Source: the human T2T-CHM13v2.0 reference genome, Homo sapiens. From it: a stretch of 64,000 nucleotides of DNA. Positions 26,775 through 39,201 of the stretch are shown piece after piece (the first letter of the stretch is position 1; every line of letters begins with the position of its first letter). Where the stretch lies: assembly GCF_009914755.1 (NCBI RefSeq), contig NC_060925.1; one strand, 5' to 3'. The position numbers were made by a program, and so were the translations under genes. The notes beneath the pieces are model-generated. The model did not search any database. It worked only from the letters and a program-made list of their open reading frames with translations, and had not been told where the DNA came from.

Positions 26775-28128
26775 AAAGAAAATCACTATAAGTGGTTCTT
26801 CGAAAAGATAAATAAAATTAATGAGCCCCTATCCAAGCTAACTAAGAAAAAAATAGAGAGGATACAAATTACTCATATCAGAAATGAAAGAGGTAACATC
26901 ACTACAGATCCCATGGACATCAAAAAGATAATAAAGGAATACTATGAACAACCCTATGCTTACAAATTTGATAATGGATCAATTTCTTAAAAGACACAAT
27001 CTGCCAAAACTCATAGAAGATAAAAACAATCTGAATAGGCCTATATCTATTAAAGAAACTGAATCAATAATTAATGACCTTCCAAACAGACAGCACCAAG
27101 CTCAGATAGGTTCACAAGTGAATTCTACCAAACATTTGAGGAATAAATTATACCAGTTTCTTTCAAAAGACAAAAACAGAAGGAATACTTAGTAACTCAT
27201 TTATGAGGCCAGCATTAACTTAATACCAAAACCAGAGAAAAATATTACAAGAAAACTACTGACCAATATCTCTCATGAACATAGATGCAAAAATTCTCAA
27301 AAGAATATTAGCAAATTGAATCCAACAATGTATAAAAAGAATTATACGCCATCACCAAGTGGAATTTATCTCAGGTTTGCAAGGATGATTCAACATTTAC
27401 AAATCAATTAATGTAATCCATTATGTCAATAGACTAAAAAAGAAAAATCACATAATTCTATCAATAGATGTAGAAAATGCATTTGGCAAAATCTAATATT
27501 TGTGATAAAAAATCTAGACAAACTAGGAATAGAGGGAAACGTTCTCAACTTGTTAAATAATACCCCCAATCCCCTGGAAAAAGAACCCTACAGTGAACAT
27601 CATACTTAATGGTGGAAACTAGATACTCTCCAATTAAGAATGGGAACAAGGCGGGGCTGTTCTCTCTTAGCACTCCTCTTCAGCATTATGCTGTAAGTTT
27701 TTGCTAATTCAATAAGACATGAAAAGGAAATAGAAGGTATGTGGATTAGAAAGGAAGAAATCAAACTGTCTTTGTTTGCAGCTGACGTGATTGTCTATGT
27801 AGAAAATCTTCAAGAATAGGCAAAAAAAAAAATTCTGGAACTAATAAGAAATTATAGCAAGGTTGCAGGGTATAAGATTGATATACAAAAGCCAGTTACT
27901 TTCTTATAAATTAGCAATGAACAAATGGAATTGAAATTAAAAATGTAATGCCATTTATATTGGTACCCCACAAAATAAAATACTTAGATATAAATTTAAC
28001 AAAATATTTGCAAGATTTATAGTAGAAAACTACAAAACTCTGATGAAAGGAGTCAGAGAACTAAATAGATGGAGGGATATTTCATGTTCATTGATAGAAA
28101 GATTCAATGTTGTCAAGATTTCAGTTCT

Positions 28129-28338
28129 AGACTGGGCTCAGTGCTCATGCCTATAATGCCACCACTTTGGGAAGCAAAGCCAAAGTGGGAGGATCACTTG
28201 AGGAGAGGGTTTGAGACAATCCCGGGCAAATAGCAAGCCTCCATTTCTACAAAAAATAAAATAACTAGCTGGGCATGGTGGCACATGCCTGTAATTGGAG
28301 CTACTCAGGAGGCTAAGGCAGGAGGATAGCTTAAGCTA
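28129..28338 (+). mobile_element. AluJ-like with its 3' part replaced by a complex insertion
   Basis: Alu stops at ggaggatagcttaagc; putative TSD aagatttcagttct (28115-28128) / aagattccaattct (29064-29077). Confidence 0.9.
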
Positions 28339-28344
28339 TATTAC

Positions 28345-28345
28345 A

Positions 28346-28381
<36 letters not shown>

Positions 28382-29063
28382 TACATATATATATGAATCT
28401 ATAGATCAAGTTGGGAAGAACTGGAATCTTCATATATATACACATATAGTACATACACATACTCTGTATGATACTATAATGGTATATACATTTGTACAAA
28501 CCCACAAAATGCACAACACCAAGAGTGAGTGAACCCGAATGTAAACTACAAACTTTTAGGTGATGATGGTGTGTCAGTGTAGGTTCATCAGTTGTAACAA
28601 TTGTGTTACTCTGATGGGGGATGTTGGTCATAGAGGAAGTATGCATCTGTCTTAGTCCATTGTGCATTGCTATAAAGAAATGTGTGTATATATATATGGA
28701 ATCTTCATATATGTGTATATATATATATACACATATATGAAGATTCCATATATATATACACACACATATGTGTGTATATATGTGTGTATATATGTGTTTT
28801 GCTCTTTTGTCAGAGATCAGTTAACTATATTTATGTGGGTCAAATTCTAGGCTCTCTATTCTGTTCCACTGATCTATGTGTCTATTCTTTAGCCAAACAT
28901 ATACACATATATATGTGTGTATACATATACATATACATATACATATATATGTGTGTATACATATACATATACATATATATGTGTGTATACATATACATAT
29001 ATATGTGTGTATACATATACATATATATGTGTGTATACATATACATATATGTGTGTATATATA
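28345..29063. repeat. CA/TA microsatellite-minisatellite mosaic with three locally copied segments and a perfect palindrome
   Basis: (CA)n, (TA)n and gtgtgtata(catata)n units interleaved with copies of 29064-29100, 30351-30572 and 29296-29394. Confidence 0.95.
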
Positions 29064-30538
29064 AAGATTCCAATTCTTCCCAACTTGATCTATAGAGTCA
29101 ATGCAATCCCAATCAAAATCCCAGTATGTTATTCTGTGAATATTGACAGACTGATTTTAAAGTTTATTTTAAGAGGGAAAAGGCCCAGAATAGCCAAAGA
29201 GCTACTTTAATATTCAAGAAGAATTAAAGTGGAGGACTGGCTCTACAATTTTTGAAGACTTACTGTAAAGCTAGAGTAATCAAGACAATGTACTATTGGC
29301 TAAACAATAGACACATAGATCAGTGGAATAGAATAGAGAGCCTAGAATCTGACCAACGTAAATATAGTTAACTGATCTCTGACAAAAGAGCAAAGGCAAT
29401 TCAATGGAGTAAACGTAGTCTTTTCAACAAATGGCACTGAAACAACTGGACATCCACATGCAAGAAAAATGAATCTAGACACAAGCTTTACACCTTTCAC
29501 AAAAACTCAGAATGAATCACAGACCTAAATGTAAAATGCACAACTAAAAAACTATTAGAAGATAACATAGGAGAAAATCTAGATGACCTTGGGGTTGGAG
29601 ATGACTTTTTAGATACAAGACCAAAGGCATGATCCATGAAAGAAAGACTTGATAAGCTGGACTTCCTTAAAATTAAAAATTTCTATACTGTGAAAGACAC
29701 TGTCAAGAGAATGGGAAGACAAGCCACAGATGGAGAGAAAATATTTGCAAAAAACAGCTGATAAAGGAGTGCTATCCAACACATACAAAGAACTCTTGAA
29801 ACTCAAAAATAAGGAAACAAAAACTTGATCAAAAAAATACCAAAGCTGTCAACAGACACTTCACCAAAGAAGATAAATAGATGGCAAATAAGCATATGAA
29901 AAGATGCTCCGTATCATACAGTATTAGGAAAATGTGAATTAGACCAACAATGAGGTACCATATACACCTATTAGAACAGCCAAAACCTAGAACACTGAGA
30001 ACACCAAATACTAGTGAAGATGTAGAGTAACAGGAACTCTCATTCTTTGCTCTTAAGAATGTCAAATGGTACAGCCACTTTGGAAGATAATTTGGCAGTC
30101 TCTTATAAAACTAAACATAGTCTTACCATATGATCCAGCAATCTTGCTCCTTGGTATTTGCCCAAAGGAGTCAAAAAACATGTCCGCATAAAAACCTGCA
30201 AAGTCTATATACCGTATGATTTCAACTGTACGGCATTCTGGAAAAGACAAAACTGTGATAACAGTAAAAAGATCAGTGGTTGCCAGGGCTTAGTGGGAGA
30301 GAGGAAGGCATGAACAGGCAGAGAACAGAGAATTTAAAAATCAGTGAAATTATTCTGTATGATACTATAATAGTATATACATTTGTCCAAACCCACAGAA
30401 TGCACAATACCAAGAGTGACTGAACCCTAATGTAAACTGCAAACTTTTAGGTGATGATGGTGTGTCAGTGTAGGTTTATCAGTTGTAACAATGGTGTCAC
30501 TCTGATGGGGGATGTTGGTCATAGAGGACGTATGCATC

Positions 30539-30952
30539 TGTCTTAGTCCATTGTGCATTGCTATAAAGAAATACCAGAGGCTGAGTAATTTATAAAGGAA
30601 AGAGGTTTATTTGGCTCATTGTTCTGCAGACTATACAAGAAGCATGGCACCAGCATCTGCTTCTAGTGAAGGTTCAGGAAGCTTTTACTCATGGCAGAAG
30701 GCAAAAAGGGAGCAGGTGTGTCACATGGTCAGAGAGGGGGCAAGAGAGAGGAGGAGGTGCCAAGACTCCCTAACTACCAGTTCTCCTGCAAACTAATAGA
30801 GTGAGAACCCCCTTGTTACTGTGAAGAGAGTACTAAGTCATTCATGAAGGATCTTCCCCCATGACCCAAACACCTCCCACTTGGTCCATCTCCACATAGG
30901 GGTCACACTTCAGCATGAGATTTGGAGGGCCTAAGTATCCAAACCATTATCA
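30539..30952 (-). mobile_element. MST (MSTA/B-like) MaLR solo LTR in the L1MC 3'UTR
   Basis: tgtcttagtccattgtgcattgctataaagaaatacc...atccaaaccattatca; TSD gcatc/gcatg. Confidence 0.92.
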
Positions 30953-31500
30953 GCATGTATGGGGAGTATATGGGAAATCTCTGTACCTTCTGCTCAACTT
31001 TGCTGTGAACCTAAAACTGCTCTAAAAAATAAAGTCTACTAAAAAAACAAAAGCAAAAGTTGACCAAAACTAACTCAAGAAGATATAGAACAGCTGAGTG
31101 GTCTTATAAATATCAAAGAAATGAAATTACACACACAAATCAGTCTAGATCATTTTAAAACTCAGCTCTTTCAAATATTCCAAGAATTTCATATTTTTAT
31201 AAGATAAAAAGAAAAATCATAAAGGTATGAAATATATATACTGGTAAAAGGAACAAGGGGCTAAGGAGATATGAACCAGTAGGAATATACAGCAAACAAC
31301 ATGTAGTTAAAATATAGAAAACAATCACAGACAGAACTGTGTGGACAAGTAGGTAAATTAACAATTATAGTTTGAGAATTTATTATACTTACCTCAGAAA
31401 TTGAAAATAATATCCATAAAATAGCAAAATATAGATCTGGTGAATATCACCAAACAACTGAAGCCAACTGATATACGTCAGCCTATATATCCATCCATTA

Positions 31501-31933
<433 letters not shown>

Positions 31934-32171
31934 CTATTCAAATTAATAAAGTTCTTCAAATGTATTTGATACAGAATCAAATTTTAAATTAAAATATTTA
32001 TCTACAATAAAAGAAATTGACTAGATAATAGCAAATAAGATCACATTCATATTAGCCAAAAAAATTCTAAGAGATCTAGGAGACAATAGGATAAAGAATG
32101 CACAAGACGTTTATGGAGAATATTTTAGGAGAAATTTATTGAAAGATACAAAAGAAGATATTATAAGATAG

Positions 32172-32908
32172 TGAAGTGACATCATTTGTCTGGGGTAATA
32201 CCCAAGGTTCATTGTCTCATGCCAAGGAAATCAAGGATGTGGACACACAATGGGAGTGAGGTTAAGAGCGGAGGTTCAATAGGCAAAAGAAAGAGAAAAG
32301 CTCTCTCCAAGTGGGTTTTCTGGTCTGCGGCGAAATACAAGGGGTTTTATAGATGAGCTTAAGAAGGAGTGTCTGATTTACATAGGGCACGAAAGATTGG
32401 TTGGACCAAATGTGCCATTTGCATAACATGTGAAAAACTGGTTAACCAGTCAATTTCTTTTATTGTAGATAAACATTTTAATTTAAAATTTGATTCTGTA
32501 TCAGATACATTTAGAGAACTGGTTCGGACTAGGTGTGCCATTTGCAAAGCATGTGAAAATCTGGCCACCCCACCTTAATCTTTTATTATGCAGATGGGTT
32601 CTCTAACTGGCTGGTGCCATGTTGCCTCTTCCTTTACTGTACACGTGGTGACAAAGAAAAGGGAAAATGGAGCCTCCATGTTGAACATACCTGGCCCTCA
32701 GGTAGCCCTTCTCTATCGGCGCTGCTGCTGACATCCACCCGTGCAAGCTTCCAGCTTCCTTATCTATGTCTACAGCTCTATTTTTCAGGCTGCTCTTTGT
32801 TAGAAAAGAAATGATTTTGGGGGCTACTTTTTGTTAAAAGGGAAGCTCTGCCAAGGACTCTCTTACCTTCACTATCTGTCTAAATAATTTCTTTTAGCTC
32901 CTTTATCA
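32172..32908 (-). mobile_element. MER61-like ERV1 solo LTR
   Basis: Minus strand starts tgataaaggagctaaaagaaattatttagacagatagtg; TG...CA ends; 4-bp TSD atag. Confidence 0.88.
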
Positions 32909-33587
32909 ATAGTACCGTATACCATGCTCATTTATGGGGAGCTGTAGAATTTTAAAGATGATAGCTGCTTTCGAATTAAGGAATGTATTCAAAGTCTTTT
33001 TAATAAATTTCCTGATAAAATTGTTTTGGAGCTTTTGACAAATTGATTATAAAATTATACAGAAAAATAAAGGTACATGAAAAGACAAATTTACAAAAGA
33101 AGAGAAAGAGGGATACTTTATCAGATATGAGCAATTGAAAATAAAAAGTGAGGTTTTTCATAGAAATAGAAACTGCCAATGAAAGAGAAAAGGAACTCAG
33201 AATATCTCACATATTAATATGAAGTTGGCATATGATAGAGGTGGTATCTCATCATGAGGAAAGAATAGATTATTAGTAGATGGTACTGAGGAAAACAGAA
33301 TCACTAGGTAGAGAAAAATAAATTTGGATTCCTAGCTCATACCATATATGAAAATAAAGTTTAAATGAACTGAAGACCTAAAAGTGAGAGGTAAAGCTAA
33401 AATCTTATAAAGAAAATATGGAAAGATATGTTTGTGAGTTAGGATTGGAATACCTTACTTCAACAGGATCGAAATGCACTGTAAAAGGAGAAAAACATAG
33501 CTTTGACTCTAGCACAATTAGATTTCTGTTCAACAGAGGACACCATAAAATTAAAAGATAGATGACAGACTGTGGACAGTTGCAAGT

Positions 33588-34020
33588 TTTAGTGGGCAAG
33601 AGCAAACTTTCCCTTTGCTCTCTGAAGGTTCCCTGAAAATCAACTGACAAAAGTCCAAGATTAATAGGAGAAAAGGCATCCAAATGTATTAATGTGCATG
33701 GGGGGGGGGGAAATCACAGAGTAATTACCCACCATGCTGTGGAGTACAGATGCTTCTATATCCTTTTTCATAGGGGAAGGGGGAGATGGGGAAATACAGA
33801 CAATTCTTCTGAGGGGCAGTAAACAATTATTAGGGAGAATGAATGGACCCAAGGCAGAAATTAACTTATAAATAATTCCCTTTGGAATTTGAATGAGCCT
33901 GAGAAGCAGGCATTATCTTGTGGAAAAATCCATCCAGATGTGGTTGCATTCTTCTGTCTTTTCCACTATAGGTAAGGAGGTAAGGGTGGGGTGGAGGGTG
34001 GGGGAGAGAAGGCAATTTGT

Positions 34021-34067
<47 letters not shown>

Positions 34068-34320
34068 AGAGAGAGAGAGAGAGAAACAGAGAGAGACAGA
34101 AAGAGGAGATTTCTTGTTTTGCTTTGCTGTTGTTCAGAAGCTTTCTTGGTCAGATAAGGAAATTCCAGAGAGTCTTTCCCTGTTTCCCTGTGCTGGGGGC
34201 GGGGGACCCAAGACAATTTTAAATTGATTCTGAGGCTTATTTCTGAGGCCTTTCAATTTTCAGAAGCACTCACCATGCCCAAGTACCATGTTTTAAAGAA
34301 TCATTTTCTGCACTCCAACA
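33588..34320 (-). mobile_element. MER34/MER39-like ERV1 solo LTR with an internal (GT)n(GA)n tract at about 34023-34100
   Basis: aatcaactgacaaaag...taataggagaaaaggcat motif; homologous to 53732-54324. Confidence 0.8.
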
Positions 34321-34358
34321 AATGTCTAAGAAAGTCAAGGGATTATTACTATTTAGGG

Positions 34359-34578
34359 CAAACTTGTCCAACCTGTGGTCCATGGGCTGCATGTGGCCCA
34401 GGACAATTTGAATGCAGGCCAACACAAATTCATAAACTTTCCTAAAACATGAGATTTTTTGTGATTTTTTTTTTTTTTTAGCTCATCAGCTATTGTTGGT
34501 GTTAATGTATTTTATGTGTAAGCCAAAACAATTATTCTTCCAGTGTGGCCCAGGGAAGCCAAAAGATTGGACATCCTG
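34359..34578 (-). mobile_element. MER30 hAT DNA-transposon relic
   Basis: Termini caaacttgtccaa / ttggacatcctg; 8-bp TSD atttaggg/atctagag. Confidence 0.92.
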
Positions 34579-34713
34579 ATCTAGAGTACATGAGCAATAC
34601 CTGTAAATCAATGAGAACAAGATAGAAAACAAGTAGAAAAATGGGGGAAATATATGAATTGGCAAGTCATGGAAGAGGAAACCCAAATTGTTAGCATGTG
34701 TAAAAAGAGATGA

Positions 34714-35006
<293 letters not shown>

Positions 35007-35045
<39 letters not shown>
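35007..35045. repeat. (GATA)9 STR at the Alu tail
   Basis: Direct reading. Confidence 0.98.
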
Positions 35046-35065
35046 GTCAAGTTCAGTAGTAGTTA

Positions 35066-35617
35066 TGGAACCACTCTCACTGGGTTAACAAGAATTATAA
35101 GCCAGGCTTTAGACAGAATTATAGTTAGGCATCATTCAGAGTGCACTGGTGCACTTTGACTCACTTCTCTGCAGCTGCTGAGAGTCATTTAGGATGCTGG
35201 CCACCTGGTACCTGCTCCCCCATTGTGCCTGTAGATAGAATTTCTGATGTTAGAATGATAGGAGCTTCTTGCTCAAGAGCTTACGGCGTTTTCAAATTCC
35301 AGCAGGTCTGAGGCCAACCAGTGTGAAGATCCCCCACCCACCCAGAAACAGACTTAGAACAAAAAATGTAGTTTCTTCATCTCCCTGTCCCAAGGTATCA
35401 CTCTGAGCTTCTCGTCTAATCAGTGATTCCCACACTTCAACCCCAGTTAATACCTCTTAAAAACAACCCCAAAACTCTTGGGGAGACATAGTTGAAGTTT
35501 CCTCTGGTCTCCTCATTCAGCTGCCCTACAGGTATTAAACTCTGTCTCTGCTGTATCCCAAGTGTCTCAGTTTATTGACTCACTGCACATCGGGCAAATG
35601 AACCTATTATGGTTACA
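35066..35617 (+). mobile_element. ERV1 solo LTR (LTR26-like; family uncertain)
   Basis: gggttaacaagaatt...gacagaattatagtta near the start; attaaactc poly(A) signal; ends ggttaca. Confidence 0.65.
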
Positions 35618-35717
35618 ATTAGATAAATGATAATTTTAAAGTTCCTAATTTACACAGATCAGATTGACAATAAGTAGAAGGTTAGATGATACAAATGCTG
35701 GTTAAGAATACATTCTT

Positions 35718-36038
35718 GTCTAGGCATAGTGGCTCATGCCTGTGATCCCAGTACTTTGGGAGACCAAGGCAGGAGGATTGCTCAGCCCAGGAGTCAAAGA
35801 CCAGGCTGGGCAACACAACAAGACTCTGTCTCTACAAAAAAAACCAAAAAATTAGCCAGGTGTGGTGGTGCATGCCTGTGGTCCCAGTTACTAGGGAGGC
35901 TGAGGCAGGAGGCTGAGGTGGGGGATCGCTGGAGCCTGGGATGGTGAGGCTGGGTGAACTACGTTTGCAGCACTGTACTCCAGCCTGGGTGACAGTGTGA
36001 CCTTGTCTCAAAAACAAAAGCAAAAGTAAACAACAAAA
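35718..36038 (+). mobile_element. AluJ-like with a small internal duplication (ggaggctgagg x2)
   Basis: Dimeric Alu, degenerate tail. Confidence 0.94.
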
Positions 36039-37655
36039 GGAATACACTTCCCAAGAGAGTCCAGACTGGCACAGCTATTTGGAAAAGCAGTCTGGCAGCA
36101 TAGAGGGAAATTTGATCTGTATATACTATTTGAGCCAAAATGTACACTCCTGTTTATTTACTCCAGAGAAACCCATCATATATATTAGAATACTCAATCC
36201 ATCTTTCTGGTAGCCGGCAACTAAGTGTTTATTACTAGAAAATGGATAAAGGACACACTGGAAGAATGCATTAGAATATTCCATTGCAGCCAGAAGTAAT
36301 GACTTAAATAGACATGCAGCAACATGGATACATCTAAAAATTCAGTGCTGAGTGAAAAAAATAAGAAATGGAATTTGAGCAATGACGTAGTATCATTTGT
36401 CTGGATTAAAATGTATAAAGATGCAAGCAAATATTACAATTTTTTAGAGATACATATATACCTGATATATATTAAACAAAATGGAATGAGTGCCTCTGCA
36501 GGAGGAAGGAAAATGGGAATGGGGATGGGGGTGAAGAGAAAAAAATATATTAAACAAGGATGAGAGCTTCTGTGAGCCTGTGGAGATAGCATGCGATGAC
36601 AAAGAAGCAGGATTAACTCAACTGTGTGCCCTTGAGGTTCAAAGAGGAATATATGAATCCAGCCTCCCTCTTTTTAGCCTTTTATCTGAATTGCTTACAG
36701 CTCCTAAGAATTTTCTGTGTTCTATCCTCTGCCATGGAAATTGGGAAACAGTTCCTATGATATGTTGATGCCTTGGCTGAATTTTAATTTTTCTAGATGG
36801 GCCTCAAGAAACAAGTAAATTTATGTATTGTGAGAAAAAAAATCTAAATGTTAATTAGCCCAAAAAGAAAAAGAGTTAAAGGGGAGAATCGCTTTATGAT
36901 TGAATTCATTTGAATATCTGGCAGAAAGTAGTAAAGGTGAGTGGGGAAGGGAAAGTATGGTAATTTCCATTCAGTGACTGGTTCACTGGGGTTCAGTCTT
37001 GCTTTGAATTAAGTCTTAGGGGAGGCATATTAAGTTTCTAATCTCATTCTCAGGCCAGGGGTTAATGTCTTTCTCCTACCTTATAGTCCTGAGTTTTGGG
37101 ATATCCCTGAGTTCTTCATTGATCACTGGGGCATGACCAGCCTTTCAAGAAGCCTTGGCCTTGCCTGAAAGTACTATAGCAGCAGCATCTGTGCAAATGT
37201 GGGTGGTCTTTATGATGTCAGAAGACAAGGTGAATATTCTATTTTCACAATAAAGCACCATCTTTGTTGAATCTGTGCCTGTATTGGCTAGAAGAAATCA
37301 TGTGTGTAAGGGTCTCAGCACAATAACAAAAATTTCTCATACTAATTTTTAAATGCAAGGTTCTAATGTTTTGTTAATGCTCAGACCTTCTATTTCAGCT
37401 CTAAAAGCTGAAATTTCTATTTTAGCTATAAAGTCTAAGCTCACTATGCTTGAGAATTCAGCCTTTTCTGTGGCACCTCTGCAGTTTGAAAATCTCTGCT
37501 TCGTTTGGTCTGAGGAGAGAATTGCATCTTTGTTTCTCATTCTGAAATTTAGACATGCTGATTTATTTTTGTGGCTCATTTGGGGAGTTCATGTTTATTT
37601 CTTTTTTAATTGCCACTAAGAGACAAAGTATAAACTTTTGAAAAACTTCTAACAC

Positions 37656-37714
37656 ATCATAATGAAGAAGCATTAAACAATCATAATGAATCATAATGAA
37701 GAAGCATTAAACAA
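37656..37714. repeat. Perfect local duplication, 24 bp + 10 bp + 24 bp
   Basis: atcataatgaagaagcattaaaca-atcataatga-atcataatgaagaagcattaaaca. Confidence 0.95.
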
Positions 37715-38229
37715 GAAGTTTAATGACATAATATTATTTAGCAACCATACTTATTTGTGTTGGAGGACATATACACAAATGTAAACATTATCTGCTGAGT
37801 TACAACAGTACAGAAAAAAATGAAACTTCTGGTGCTGTTCAGGATAAGCTATTTTTTTCTTCAAATATCCCATTATAAATTTTCTGTGCAGTTTTCTTTG
37901 CAGACAGAATTCTGTGCAAGATTTCAGATTTGAAATCCTTTAACCCTTAAAATGGAGTAAGAAAGCTATGTGGTAACTGTACCAAAATTGGGGAAGCAAC
38001 TTGAGCTTCCAATTAGCTTAAATTGGAGAATTATAGCAAATTCAGAAAATAAAATGGAGACAATGGAAGAACCAGTTTTCAGTCAGAATATGATAAGTGT
38101 GATTTGGGGCATGCTGTGTTTAAGATTCCCGCAAAATATTTAAATGTTGCTGTGGTTGTGGTAGAGCAATTGGCTCAACAGGACAAAGTATGGAATAGAA
38201 TATCTATTTGGGGGGTCATCTCTGTGGTT

Positions 38230-38370
38230 CACTGAGCTATTATTATATGCAAAGCAGTACTGCATATATATTAATCATCTTATAAATGGGAAACTGAGGT
38301 AAGGAAAAGTTGAATAAATTACCTAAGATCCCAGAGTTAATATAAGGCAGAGCTGAAATTCAAACCCAAC
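38230..38370 (-). mobile_element. MIR fragment
   Basis: aaatgggaaactgaggt...acctaagatcccagag...gcagagctgaaattcaaaccc. Confidence 0.8.
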
Positions 38371-38734
38371 TAGTTCTTGAGATGTTATGTGGTTATCAAA
38401 TAACTTTCTGGAATTAAAAAAAACCTAGCAGGTCAGAACATAGAAAGGATGTGCTTTTTAGTTTCTATCAACACACATCTTATATGTGTACTTTGCCCAC
38501 TATTTATAGTGAAAGCAATTTAAGTTTTGTGCCATGATGTGTTATAGTTTCAGGTGAAAGCATATTTTATTGAGCTACTAAAAGAATAAATTTGATTTAG
38601 TTGAGAAGTACAAGGGCTCCAATATAAATTCCATATAGAGTCATCCCCTGGTATCTACAACGTATTAGTCCTAGGACCCGTGAAGACACCACAATCCAAG
38701 GATGCTCATATCCCTTACATAAAATGGCATAGTA

Positions 38735-38968
38735 CATAGTGTCACTGAACTATGGGAATTTGTTCTGAGATGCGTCCTTAGGCAATTTTGTTGTTGTGTG
38801 AATGAACATCATAGAGTATACTTACACAAATGTAGGTAGTATTTATCTACTTAAGCATATCTAAACATAGAAAAGGTACAGTAAAAATATGGTACTATAA
38901 TCTTATGGGACCACCATACGATATGCGGTCTGTCCTTGACCCAAATATTGCCATGCAGGGCTTGGCTA
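38735..38968 (-). mobile_element. Tigger3/MER7-type MITE nested in MER2
   Basis: ctaaacatagaaaaggtacagtaaaaatatggtactataatcttatgggaccacc is the reverse complement of the Tigger3 5' end; inserted at a TA. Confidence 0.85.
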
Positions 38969-39102
38969 TATTTGCATGTAACCTAAGCACATCTTCCTGT
39001 GTACTTTAAATCACCTCTAGATTACGTGTAATACATAATGCAGTGTAAATGCTGTATAAATAGCTGTTATGTTGTATTATTTTTACTTTATTTTATTTTT
39101 TT

Positions 39103-39201
39103 AAGGCTACTCAAATGAAGCAGTGGGAGTGGAGAAAAAACAAAGAACTCTGTACTGGTTGTGATCAGTTAGTTGTAAACACCACTGCTTTCAGGCCAGC
39201 C
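39103..39201 (-). pseudogene. Y3 RNA (RNY3-derived) retropseudogene
   Basis: Minus strand reads ggctggcctgaaagcagtggtgtttacaactaactgatcacaaccag...ctccactcccactgcttcatttgagtagcctt; A-rich tail; TSD ttgtattattttta at 39072-39085 and 39205-39218. Confidence 0.95.

Noticed and set aside
28341-29210. ORFs rich in Y/I/C/V/H/T on both strands
   Set aside because: Translations of TA/CA repeats and the palindrome
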